Positions 9,064 to 18,154 are shown, counted from the first letter of the stretch. The stretch: 64,000 bases of DNA from an uncultured Anaerolineales bacterium (GCA_964551735.1 CAZKEF010000017.1:31007-95006); one strand, 5' to 3'. Numbers and translations: made by a program. The notes: a model not told the origin generated them from the letters alone.

Positions 9064-10602
9064 ATGTTTGCCACCAAGACGCCGTGGCGCCAGCAGATGC
9101 CGGAGTTCCTCCAGTTCCTGGAGGCCGACCTCGGGCATCCCGTCCGCCTGCACGAAGAGGTGCTGGGCTACCACCTCTACTTCCTTGACCTGTCCGATTG
9201 GAAGCTGCGCTTCTCCGATCGCACCCCGGTGATCTGGGTGACAGCCAACGACCTGGCGGCCATGTCGGTCCGCGAGCTGGCCCAGAGCCTGGCCGACGTG
9301 GTGCGCGCCCGCAGCCTGGCCGAGCGCAACCCCATCGTCGCGCTGCCGGGGCCGGGCGTGGAGCTGCACACGCTGATCAGGACCGCGTACCTGCCGCTGC
9401 TGATCCTCGACCAGGACGCGCAGCGGGCGGTGCGCGAGTCGCGGCGCCCCTCCGGCGAGCTGCTGGATCGGCTGAGCGCCCAGCTCGACCTGTCGCTGCT
9501 GACCCCTTACGAGACCAGCAAGCCCGTCACCGGCTCGCGCTTCTTCGGCCGCGAGTTCGAGATCCGGCGCATCCTCCAGTCCAACGACACCAACTTCGCC
9601 ATCATGGGCATCCGGCGCATCGGCAAGACCTCGCTCATGCGGGAGATCGAGCGCCAGCTCCGCAACCAGGCGCAGGATGGCGGCGACGAGAACGCGCAGG
9701 AGCGCATCCTTTTCATGGATTGCAGCGCGCTGAGCTCGCCCGCCGGCTTCGTCCAAGAGATCGTGCGCAAGCTGCGGCCGCAAGAGCTCACCCGGTTGTC
9801 CAGCAAGCAGTATCCCATCTTCTTCCCCGACTTCCTGGAGCGCATGGCGCAGCGCTACGGCGGGCCGGTGGTGTTCTTCCTGGACGAGTTCGACAAGGTG
9901 CTCACCTGGCACTACGAAGATGACACCCTGCTGAACGCGCTGCGCGCGTCCAGCAACCAGGGGCACTCCCGCTACATCGTCGGCGGATTCCGCGAAGTGA
10001 TGCGCGCGTTCTCGGACCTGGAATCGCCGCTGTACAACTTCGCCCGGCCCATCCGCCTGAAGGAGTTCAGCCGCGAGCAGGCGGCCGGCCTGATCTTGGG
10101 CCCGCTGGAGCGGTTGGGGGTGCGCTTCGAACGGCGCAACGATGTGGTCAACCGCATCTTCGACGAGACCGCGGGCCAGCCCAACCTGGTGCAGTTCTAT
10201 TGCAGCATCCTGGTGGAGCGGCTGGATCGGGAGGGCGTGCGCGTTGTTGCGCCGGAGAGCCTGTTCGACGTCTACACCAACGACGACTTCCGCGCGTTCG
10301 TGCTCAGCACCTTCATGGACAACACCACCCATCTGGAAAAGGCCATCGTCTTCGCGGTCATGGCCGACATGGACGCGGAGATGCCGTTCAGCGTCAAGGC
10401 GATTGACGACGCGTTGGAGCGCCGTGGCGTCGAGGTGCCGCTTTCGGACCTGGACCTGGCGTGCCGCAACCTGGAGCTGGCCGGCACCCTCACCGCCCGC
10501 GGCCCGCTCTACCGCTTCGCCACCCCCGTCTTCCCGCGCATGTTGAACGAGAACTATGATGTGGGGTATTTGTTCAAGAAGGTGGTGCAGGAGGGGATTT
10601 GA
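9064..10602 (+). CDS. AAA+ ATPase of the Arch_ATPase (PF01637-like) type with C-terminal winged-helix-like region
   Basis: ATG at 9064 preceded by AAGGAG; FFGREFEIRRIL then Walker A GIRRIGKTS, Walker B VVFFLDEFD; TTGA stop/start overlap with next gene. Confidence 0.6.
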   Translation: MFATKTPWRQQMPEFLQFLEADLGHPVRLHEEVLGYHLYFLDLSDWKLRFSDRTPVIWVTANDLAAMSVRELAQSLADVVRARSLAERNPIVALPGPGVELHTLIRTAYLPLLILDQDAQRAVRESRRPSGELLDRLSAQLDLSLLTPYETSKPVTGSRFFGREFEIRRILQSNDTNFAIMGIRRIGKTSLMREIERQLRNQAQDGGDENAQERILFMDCSALSSPAGFVQEIVRKLRPQELTRLSSKQYPIFFPDFLERMAQRYGGPVVFFLDEFDKVLTWHYEDDTLLNALRASSNQGHSRYIVGGFREVMRAFSDLESPLYNFARPIRLKEFSREQAAGLILGPLERLGVRFERRNDVVNRIFDETAGQPNLVQFYCSILVERLDREGVRVVAPESLFDVYTNDDFRAFVLSTFMDNTTHLEKAIVFAVMADMDAEMPFSVKAIDDALERRGVEVPLSDLDLACRNLELAGTLTARGPLYRFATPVFPRMLNENYDVGYLFKKVVQEGI

Positions 10603-13600
10603 GCAATAGTGTCTCTTCCTGGCAGATTATTTCCTGCACAGACACCGCGTCCTTCAAACGCGTGCGCGTCCGCGACGACGCGCGCATCCAGGCCGTGGTG
10701 CGCCACCTGCAGGCGGATGAGTGCGTGGCGCTGTTGGGGCCGCCTCTCAGCGAGAAAAGCCACCTGCTGCACGACATCGCGGACGCGCTGCGGGCCACCG
10801 AGCGCTTCCTGCCGCTCTACCTGGACCTCTGGCGCGCCAACTCGGAGGACGAGGCGGTCTTCTTCACCAGCGTGGCCCGGCTGATCGCGGACGCGCTGGC
10901 CGCGGATCCGCTGCGCCGGGGTGCGGTGGCGCCGGTGGAAGGGGTGGCCGACCCGCGCGACTTTCAACGTTTTCTGACGGAACGCGCCGGCCGCAATGGC
11001 GCGTCCCCGCCGGCCGGCGGCCTGAACCTGGCGCTGCTGATTGACCACCTGCAGGCGCTGCCGCATGACCTGGTCCACAGCCTGCTGCTGGCGCTCCGTT
11101 CCACCTACATGGAGCGCGAGGCGGACGCGCCGCATCAGGTGGTGGCCGTGGTGGCCGGCGGCATGAACCTGGTCGGCCTCTCCACCGGGCCCACCTCCCC
11201 CTTCAACATCGCCAAACCGGTGGTGGCCGCGCCGCTCACCGAGGCCCAGAGCCGCGCGCTGGCCGAGGCCAGCCTGGCGGCCGCAGGCTGCCACGCCTCG
11301 GCCCAGGGGCTGGCGCGGCTGCTCGCCTGGGCTGGGGGCGACCGCTACCTGCTGCCCCGCCTGTGCGCGTGGAGCGCCGCGCTGGTGCAAGACTATCGCC
11401 GCCCGGTGGTCACCTGCCCCGTGGTCGAGCGCGCGGCCGAGCAGGTCTGGCGCGCAGCCGAGATCTTGCCCCCCGTCCGCGAAGCCATCCGCATGATCGA
11501 AGAAGATCCGGACAGCATGCTGGACATCCTGCACCTGCTGGATCACGGCGCGCTGCCCCGCGCCCGGGCCCGGCAGATGATCACCCGCACCGGCGCCGAC
11601 CGGCTCCAGCTCTCCGGCGCGGTCACGCTGGCCGAGGGGTGCTACCTGCTGATCAACCAGGCGTACCGGCTGGCGCTGGCCGAGCACTTCACCACCGAGC
11701 GCGTCGGCCACGTCCTGCGCATTGCCGGCCGCTGGGAGGAGGCGATCCAGTACCTGGCGCCGAGGTTGGCGGTCGAGCAGGGGAGCAGGGGAGAGGGGGA
11801 GCAGGGGAGAGGGGGAACGGGCGACGCAGCACGCAGCGTTCAATCCGAAATTCGCAATTCACAATCCGCAATCCATTCCGCCCGCCCCCAACTCCTCGAA
11901 GCCATCGTCCAGTCGCTGTATGCAACCGATTCGGTCGAGCAGGGATGCGAGACCCTGGCGAACGGCCTGCGGCTGGGTTTCGGGCTGGCGCAGGTCTCGA
12001 TCTACCTGGCGAACCCCGCACAGGGCCGCCTGGACCTGGCTTACCCGCCCGCGCGCGCCACCGGCCCCATCGGCCACCAATCTACCAATCCCCAATCTAC
12101 CAATCCCCAATCTACCGCCTCCGTTGACCTGAACGACCCGGCCTGCGTCGAGGCGCAGACGTACCATTACGGCAACTATGCGCTGCGCGGCACGGCCGAC
12201 GACGCGCGGCTGGTGGCGGCCCTGGCCTCGCAGAACCGGCCGCTGGGCGTGGTCACGGTGGAACACTACATCCAGGCCCGCGACCCGCACACCCTCCCCG
12301 ATGAGCTGCCCGACCTGCTGGGCTTCCTGCACCACGCGGCCGGCGCGCTGGAGAACGTGATCTTCCGGGCCGCGTACCGCGCCATCGGCCAGGCTGTGCT
12401 GGACGCCCGCGCGCTGCAGCCCACGGTCGAACGCGTGCTGAGCGCGGTCTGCGATGCCCTGGGCAGCCACTATGCCGTCCTCTACCTGGTGGACGACACG
12501 GGGCGGACGCTGGAGATGGCGGCCGGCGTGGGCCGGCCGGTCACGCCGGCGTGGCAGGCGGCGGCCCGGTTCTCGCTGGCGGGCCGGCACCCGGCCGCGG
12601 CCGCGCTGCGCGACCAGCGCCTGCAATCCGTGCGCGGCACTGCGGACGGGCCGGACGCGCCCCTGATGGAGCGATTGGGGCTGCACAAGCACACCCGCGT
12701 CTTCCTGCCGTTGGCCGCGGCCAGCGAGGCGCTGGGCACGCTGGAGCTCGGTTACGCGGCCGGCGCGCGGCTCCGCCTGACCGAAGCGGCCCGGCGCACC
12801 TACACCGCGTTCGCCAACCAGGTCGCCATCGGCGTCCACAACATGCAGCTCCTGCGCCGCACCGACGAAGCGCTGACCCGCAAGATGGCCGAGATCTCCG
12901 TGGGCCGCGAGATCCAGCTCAGCCTGCTGCCGAGGTCATGCCCGGCCGTGCCCGGCTGGGACTTCGCCGCGCTCTACCAGGCCGCGCGCATCGTCGGCGG
13001 CGACTTCTACGATTTTTGCGAATTACCCGGCCAGCCCCAGCGGCTGGGCATCGTGATCGCGGACGTCGCGGACAAGGGGGTGCCCGCGGCGCTGTTCATG
13101 GCCCTCAGCCGCACGGTGATCCGCACGGTGGCGCTGAGCGGCCGCGGCCCGGCCGCCGCGCTGATGCGGGCCAACGACGTGATCATGAACGACAGCCAGG
13201 CCGAGCTGTTCCTGAGCGCGATCTACGCGGTGCTGGAGCCCGAAACCGGCCGGCTGACCTACGCCAACGCGGGCCACAACCGGCCGCTGTGGGTTCACGC
13301 CGGGGACGGCACGGTGACCGAGCTGGATCAGCCCGGCATCGTGCTGGGCGCGTTCGAGCACATCGCGCTGACGGAAGGGCAGATCGATCTGGCGGCCGGG
13401 GACGTGGTGGTGTTCTACACCGACGGCATCAACGAGGCGATCAACGCGGACGGCGAGCAGTTCGGCGACGACCGGTTGCGCGACGCCGTGGCTGCGGCCG
13501 CAGCGGGGGGTACGGCGCAGGACGTGCTGACCGCCATCACTGCCGCGCTGGCCGCGTTCGTCGGGGAGACGGAGCAGGCGGATGATGTGACGGGGGTGGT

Positions 13601-13616
13601 GGTGAGGCGGGGGTAG
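10599..13616 (+). CDS. multidomain signalling phosphatase: degenerate P-loop NTPase-like N-domain + GAF + PP2C/SpoIIE serine phosphatase
   Basis: Probable TTG start overlapping upstream stop; N-domain has degenerate Walker A (GPPLSEKSH) and Walker B-like LALLIDH; C-terminus has SpoIIE/PP2C motifs (GIVIADVADKGVPAALFMA ... FYTDGINEA); carries in-frame repeat insertions at 11778-11878 and 12077-12116. Confidence 0.6.
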   Translation: MSNSVSSWQIISCTDTASFKRVRVRDDARIQAVVRHLQADECVALLGPPLSEKSHLLHDIADALRATERFLPLYLDLWRANSEDEAVFFTSVARLIADALAADPLRRGAVAPVEGVADPRDFQRFLTERAGRNGASPPAGGLNLALLIDHLQALPHDLVHSLLLALRSTYMEREADAPHQVVAVVAGGMNLVGLSTGPTSPFNIAKPVVAAPLTEAQSRALAEASLAAAGCHASAQGLARLLAWAGGDRYLLPRLCAWSAALVQDYRRPVVTCPVVERAAEQVWRAAEILPPVREAIRMIEEDPDSMLDILHLLDHGALPRARARQMITRTGADRLQLSGAVTLAEGCYLLINQAYRLALAEHFTTERVGHVLRIAGRWEEAIQYLAPRLAVEQGSRGEGEQGRGGTGDAARSVQSEIRNSQSAIHSARPQLLEAIVQSLYATDSVEQGCETLANGLRLGFGLAQVSIYLANPAQGRLDLAYPPARATGPIGHQSTNPQSTNPQSTASVDLNDPACVEAQTYHYGNYALRGTADDARLVAALASQNRPLGVVTVEHYIQARDPHTLPDELPDLLGFLHHAAGALENVIFRAAYRAIGQAVLDARALQPTVERVLSAVCDALGSHYAVLYLVDDTGRTLEMAAGVGRPVTPAWQAAARFSLAGRHPAAAALRDQRLQSVRGTADGPDAPLMERLGLHKHTRVFLPLAAASEALGTLELGYAAGARLRLTEAARRTYTAFANQVAIGVHNMQLLRRTDEALTRKMAEISVGREIQLSLLPRSCPAVPGWDFAALYQAARIVGGDFYDFCELPGQPQRLGIVIADVADKGVPAALFMALSRTVIRTVALSGRGPAAALMRANDVIMNDSQAELFLSAIYAVLEPETGRLTYANAGHNRPLWVHAGDGTVTELDQPGIVLGAFEHIALTEGQIDLAAGDVVVFYTDGINEAINADGEQFGDDRLRDAVAAAAAGGTAQDVLTAITAALAAFVGETEQADDVTGVVVRRG
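11778..11878. repeat. composite minisatellite (GGGGAGCA/GGGGAGAG octamers then CGCAATYC-type units) in-frame in PP2C gene
   Basis: gcaggggagcaggggagagggggagcaggggagaggggga...caatccgaaattcgcaattcacaatccgcaatccattcc; encodes QGSRGEGEQGRGGTGD...QSEIRNSQSAIHS. Confidence 0.55.
12077..12116. repeat. tandem repeat CCAATCTACCAATCCC x2.5, in-frame in PP2C gene
   Basis: caccaatctaccaatccccaatctaccaatccccaatctacc; encodes HQSTNPQSTNPQST. Confidence 0.55.
13565..13616. repeat. direct repeat copy 1 (3' end of PP2C gene)
   Basis: gggagacggagcaggcggatgatgtgacgggggtggtggtgaggcggggg; near-identical copy at 15207-15258. Confidence 0.55.
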
Positions 13617-13706
13617 GGCGGTCGCCGGATCTGCGGTTTGACAGCGCCGAAGATCTGGTTACAGTATAAGCAGCTTAGACTAAGCTACTTAGGCGAAAGA
13701 GATACG

Positions 13707-15158
13707 ATGCCTCATAAGTTTGTCGGCCGGGGGCGCGATGTTGCCGAGCTGAACGCGATTTTGGCTCGTCCAGGCGCGCAGCTCGTCCTGGTTTACGGCC
13801 GCCGGCGGGTGGGCAAAACCACGCTGCTCCTGGAATGGGCCGCGCAAACCGGCCGGCCCCTCATCTACTGGGTCGCGGCTCGCGATACGCCCGCGCTGCT
13901 CCGCCAGGGCTTCATGCGGAGCGTGTGGCAATGGGCGCACCCCGGCAGCCAGGCGGTCCCCCGCTTCGAGTCCTGGCGTGAGGTCTTCGCGGCAACAGCC
14001 GACCTGATCGGGGATCGGGCTGCGATCCTGATCCTGGACGAGTTCTCCTACGCCGCCGAATCCGACCCTGCCCTGCCCTCGCACTTACAGGCAGCCTGGG
14101 ATCATCTGTTCAAAGCGCGCAACCTCGCCATTGTGCTGGCCGGCTCGCACATCGGCTTGATGGTGGAGCAAATGAGCTACAACGCGCCGCTGTATGGCCG
14201 ATTCACCGCGCAGCTTCCCGTGGGGCCGCTGGCCTTCCCCGCCCTGGCTGACTTCTTGCCCCATTACACCGCGGCGGAACGCGTTGCCGCCTACGCCGTT
14301 GTCGGCGGCATCCCGGCCTACCTGGAGCAGTTCGACCCGGCCCAAAGCTTGAGCGCCAATCTGAAGGGCCTCTTCATGCGGCGCACCGGCCTCTTCCGCA
14401 GCGAGCCGTTCATCCTGATCGGCGATGTGATCCGGCGCGAAACCCAAACCTACGAAGCGATCCTCAAGGCCATCGCCGCGGGCCAGCGCACCCCCAGCGA
14501 CATCGGCGCCATGGTGGATCGCACCAGCGGGTATCTCAGCCCCTACCTGAAGAACCTGGAGGCGCTGCACCTGGTGGAACGCCGCGTCCCGGCCACGGTG
14601 CCGCGCGACCAGCGCCAAGCCAGCCGCAACAGCCGGTACCACCTGGCGGATCCCTATTTGCGCTTCTATTTCCGCTTCATCGCGCCCAACCTCGACCTGG
14701 TGGAGCAAGAGCTATCCGACATGTTGTGGGAGCGCATCGGCGAGCAATTCCGCGCGTTCGTCGGCGCCACCGCGTTCGAAGGCCTGTGCCGTGAGTGGGT
14801 TCGTGTCCAGGCGCGAGCCCGGCGACTGCCCCTGACCCCGGAAGCGATCGGCAGCCACTGGTCGGCCAATGCGCAAGTGGATGTGGTCGCGATCAACTGG
14901 CACGACCGGGCGATCCTGCTGGGCGAGTGCAAGTGGGGGGAGCAACCGGCCGACCGGGGCGTGATCCGGGAATTGGTGGCCAAGGCGCCGAAGGTCGTGC
15001 CGGCCGCGGGCGAGGGCGAGACCGCATGGCAGGTACACTACGCCTTCTTTGCGCGCGCCGGCTTCACCGATGCCGCCCGCGCTGAGGCGGTGGGGCTGGG
15101 CGCGCGGTTGGTGGATCTGGAGAGGTTGGATGGGGATTTGCGGCGCAGAGTAGGGTGA
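13707..15158 (+). CDS. AAA+ ATPase (Arch_ATPase N-domain) with C-terminal DUF234
   Basis: ATG at 13707 after GAAAGAG RBS; Walker A VYGRRRVGKTT, Walker B ILILDEFS; C-terminal region resembles DUF234 of archaeal-type ATPases. Confidence 0.6.
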   Translation: MPHKFVGRGRDVAELNAILARPGAQLVLVYGRRRVGKTTLLLEWAAQTGRPLIYWVAARDTPALLRQGFMRSVWQWAHPGSQAVPRFESWREVFAATADLIGDRAAILILDEFSYAAESDPALPSHLQAAWDHLFKARNLAIVLAGSHIGLMVEQMSYNAPLYGRFTAQLPVGPLAFPALADFLPHYTAAERVAAYAVVGGIPAYLEQFDPAQSLSANLKGLFMRRTGLFRSEPFILIGDVIRRETQTYEAILKAIAAGQRTPSDIGAMVDRTSGYLSPYLKNLEALHLVERRVPATVPRDQRQASRNSRYHLADPYLRFYFRFIAPNLDLVEQELSDMLWERIGEQFRAFVGATAFEGLCREWVRVQARARRLPLTPEAIGSHWSANAQVDVVAINWHDRAILLGECKWGEQPADRGVIRELVAKAPKVVPAAGEGETAWQVHYAFFARAGFTDAARAEAVGLGARLVDLERLDGDLRRRVG

Positions 15159-15206
15159 GGCTGGCGCGAGTTGCTATCCCTCGCTGATACGCTGGCCGGG
15201 TTCGCA

Positions 15207-15258
15207 GAGGCGAGACGGAGCAGGCGGATAATGTGACGGGGGTGGTGGTGGGGAGACG
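15207..15258. repeat. direct repeat copy 2 (intergenic, at left edge of low-GC island)
   Basis: ggcgagacggagcaggcggataatgtgacgggggtggtggtggggagacgggg, about 90% identical to 13565-13616. Confidence 0.55.
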
Positions 15259-15308
15259 GGGAAATCAGTGATCCTGACCTGACTCTCAACACCTCAACCG
15301 TCGGCCAG

Positions 15309-16064
15309 TCAAGGATAGCATTGAGCGATAAAAGCTTTGTCTGTTTCGGACAGTTCGCTGTTCCATGCTATCTCTGTCCCGTCAAGCGTCCAGCGCTTGG
15401 GTATTGGATACACCATAATCGACTTCGGGTCAAACTGAGTGAATTGAGTCTGAGTAAACATATACCTGGCAAGCACGTTCTCACGAATAGTATACTCATC
15501 CCAGTTGTTCGGTGGGCCAGACAGGTCTTTTATCACAGCTTCTTCATTCCATTTCATACCAGAAGCAGGACTCTGGTGTTCATGAATTAAGCCCAGAGCA
15601 TGACCGAACTCATGCAGCACCACCCGCGAAAACTGTGCATCCACAGAGTCAGGTTTCAACCCACTAAGGTTCATTGTAGGTTGACTAAGCGGGACATCAA
15701 CAACCTCCATACCAACATAGGATGACGAAGGCTGATCGGACCTAAACGAGATGCGGATGTCCGCATTTGGGTAATAATCGTAACGGAATTCGAATCTGAG
15801 GTTCGCGTACTGAAGCCACTGCCTGGCGCAGACTTCTACCTGCTTTCGGACGCTCATGCTGCCGCCAATGAAGGTCACTCTTAGAAGTCGCCCAGGCTTC
15901 CAAAACCAGTTTTCGAGCCCGGCAGCCTGCAGAGGTGAAAGCATATTTCGCGGGTTTTCCGAAATCGCAAGTTGGCGTGCAAGGACATAGTCCGCATGAT
16001 GCACTGAGCGGTCAATACAAATGGACATTGATAACCTAGACATAGCACTTCTCACTTCCCCCAT
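15309..16064 (-). CDS. astacin-like metzincin zinc metalloprotease, no signal peptide
   Basis: HEFGHALGLIHEH (HExxHxxGxxHE astacin-type zinc site) and downstream Met-turn SIMVYP (astacin SxMHY); N-terminus hydrophilic, so predicted cytoplasmic. Confidence 0.55.
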   Translation of the reverse strand: MGEVRSAMSRLSMSICIDRSVHHADYVLARQLAISENPRNMLSPLQAAGLENWFWKPGRLLRVTFIGGSMSVRKQVEVCARQWLQYANLRFEFRYDYYPNADIRISFRSDQPSSSYVGMEVVDVPLSQPTMNLSGLKPDSVDAQFSRVVLHEFGHALGLIHEHQSPASGMKWNEEAVIKDLSGPPNNWDEYTIRENVLARYMFTQTQFTQFDPKSIMVYPIPKRWTLDGTEIAWNSELSETDKAFIAQCYP

Positions 16065-16121
16065 CCCATCGAATGTCGTGCCGAGAATGAGCTTCTTCTT
16101 CTGTGTATCTGGGTCTTCACA

Positions 16122-17297
16122 TCAACGATAGGGTAAGTCATCCCTGATTCGAGTTAGGATTGCTGTGATTGGAATACCTTCATTGCCCCTGATATAGGGT
16201 AGCAATGAAGGGCTAGGTGCTTCCGTTTCGCCATGATGCAGCGCAATAATGTCGCCATCCTTATCAAATACAGGTGCGCCGGAAGCGCCGTGCTCAGTAT
16301 GAGTCAAGTACTGCATCCGTCTCCTAGTAGTATCTATGATCAAGTTGTGGAATAAGGCGATCTTCTGGGGCTTGTATCCAGGGTACTGGACAACGAAAGC
16401 CACGCCATACAGTTTGGGAGTCTTCGGGACGAGTCGCACATATCCTATCTCCGGCATGTCTCCAGGTCGTCCCTCGATTCTTAGTAATGAAAAGTCAAGG
16501 TTCTCAGTATCACTTGAACGTACCACATGCTCAACCCAATACTCATACCCCTGCTCGAGAACTCCCTTGCTGCTATATCTGAACCTAAAGCGAACGCGAT
16601 ATGCACGCTGTTTAGCGTTCTTTGGCACAACATGGTTGCAGGTCAAGACTAGATCGGGAGCAACGGCGAATCCTGTCCCAACTGACCTTCCGTCGGGTTC
16701 TTCGATGCGGCAAGTGGCACTGCTGATTCGGCCTACCGACTCTGAAAAGGCAACTTCTAGGAGGTTGACCGTCTGTTGCCATTGACTAAGCATCGTATCT
16801 GGGGCCAATGAGCCATACCACGGGTAAGGAGCACGAGGTTGGTGCCAACCCAGATCAAAGAGCCTATCAGTGGGAGAGATCACTGGAAGAGGGAGTTTGA
16901 CTAGATTGGCAACCTTCTCTCTGAACCGAATCTCGCTGAAATCCTCTTTGAATATCACATCGCCATGATAATCTATCCTGACAGCAGTAGTTAGTTCGTA
17001 ATCTTCGCGCCGCGGGCAAAGACGTGCTCCGTCGGTCACAACCACAACCTTGATACCCCGGTTCACCGCTTTATCAATCATTTCGATGCAGTCTTGACGA
17101 ATCCGCGTATGATTATCTTCCCGATCGTTCAATTGTACATTAAGTACGGCAAGGTCAAGGTGCTCGGAGCGAATCAGACTAATGGCCTGAGATCGCTCGC
17201 TTTCACACAGGATTTCATGACCTAACGGCTCAAGAGCGTCATGAAGCTTATCCATGCGCCATTGTTGGTCATTATCAATGATTAGAATACGCGCCAT
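16122..17297 (-). CDS. response-regulator receiver domain fused to trypsin-like (S1-family) serine protease
   Basis: REC features: IIDND acidic pocket, D in HLDLAVLNV, VVVVTDG, K in IFKEDF. Protease triad: LTCNHVV (His), NLDFSLLRI (Asp), GASGAPVF (GDSGGP-like Ser). Confidence 0.6.
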   Translation of the reverse strand: MARILIIDNDQQWRMDKLHDALEPLGHEILCESERSQAISLIRSEHLDLAVLNVQLNDREDNHTRIRQDCIEMIDKAVNRGIKVVVVTDGARLCPRREDYELTTAVRIDYHGDVIFKEDFSEIRFREKVANLVKLPLPVISPTDRLFDLGWHQPRAPYPWYGSLAPDTMLSQWQQTVNLLEVAFSESVGRISSATCRIEEPDGRSVGTGFAVAPDLVLTCNHVVPKNAKQRAYRVRFRFRYSSKGVLEQGYEYWVEHVVRSSDTENLDFSLLRIEGRPGDMPEIGYVRLVPKTPKLYGVAFVVQYPGYKPQKIALFHNLIIDTTRRRMQYLTHTEHGASGAPVFDKDGDIIALHHGETEAPSPSLLPYIRGNEGIPITAILTRIRDDLPYR

Positions 17298-17330
17298 ATC
17301 AATCTCCGTCAGTTGTTGTCACAAAAAACG

Positions 17331-18152
17331 CTATGATACGACGCGGAGGCCGCTGAGTGCATTCCGTATTGCATCCCGATATCTAACTGGGGAGAACTTA
17401 TGCTTATCCACATAGTAGCACGCCCCATAGTTTCGATATGACTCGCGTATATGCACTGGCGTACCATGTCCGGAGCTAACAATAACCTGAGTAAACCTTC
17501 CCCGTGCATGGTCCAATTCTCTAAGTAGACTCATCAAATACAACCCTTCATAATTCGACTCATCATTTTCAGCTAATCTCAGATCACAAATAACCAGATC
17601 GTAACTTTGCTCCGTAAGGCTCTTCTCCGCTGCAGTGCGACTCGTAGCCGTGTCTATCCTAGCCATTGTTGGTAACGAATCCACCAAGGTCTTAAGCCAG
17701 GTTGGATCATCATCAATTACCAAGACAGTGCCGCTAGAAGTCACTAGAAGTTCACGTCTGTTTGTAACAAGGCGCACAGCGGCGAAAGACTGATCGACCA
17801 GAGCTACGAGTTGATCCTCGTCGTATGGTTTGCCTACACAGTCAAAGGCGCCTTGCTGAAAGACAGATCCCAACTCCTCCAGAGGAGGGTCAACGGCATA
17901 CAGTACAACAGCAGGTATACAGCGATCGGATAACGCGCTCAAGAACCAACGATCCTGAGTTAATGTGTCAAAGTCAACCAGTGTTATAAGATGCTGCAGT
18001 GCGTCGCCTAGGGCATTGAGAATTGCTCGGGCGCTATCTGGCGACGAGGCTGTGGCAACTTGATAGTCTGCCTCGCGCAGTGTAGTGCTGGCGAAATCCA
18101 GCCAATCCTTCTCAGAGTCAACGATCAGCACTTGACTGGCTTCCGTGTTCAT
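17331..18152 (-). CDS. tandem receiver-domain (REC-REC) response regulator without output domain
   Basis: Two REC units: VLIVDSEKD...LVDFD...K and VLVIDDDP...DLVICDLRL...VIVSSG...K. Confidence 0.6.
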   Translation of the reverse strand: MNTEASQVLIVDSEKDWLDFASTTLREADYQVATASSPDSARAILNALGDALQHLITLVDFDTLTQDRWFLSALSDRCIPAVVLYAVDPPLEELGSVFQQGAFDCVGKPYDEDQLVALVDQSFAAVRLVTNRRELLVTSSGTVLVIDDDPTWLKTLVDSLPTMARIDTATSRTAAEKSLTEQSYDLVICDLRLAENDESNYEGLYLMSLLRELDHARGRFTQVIVSSGHGTPVHIRESYRNYGACYYVDKHKFSPVRYRDAIRNALSGLRVVS

Positions 18153-18154
18153 AT

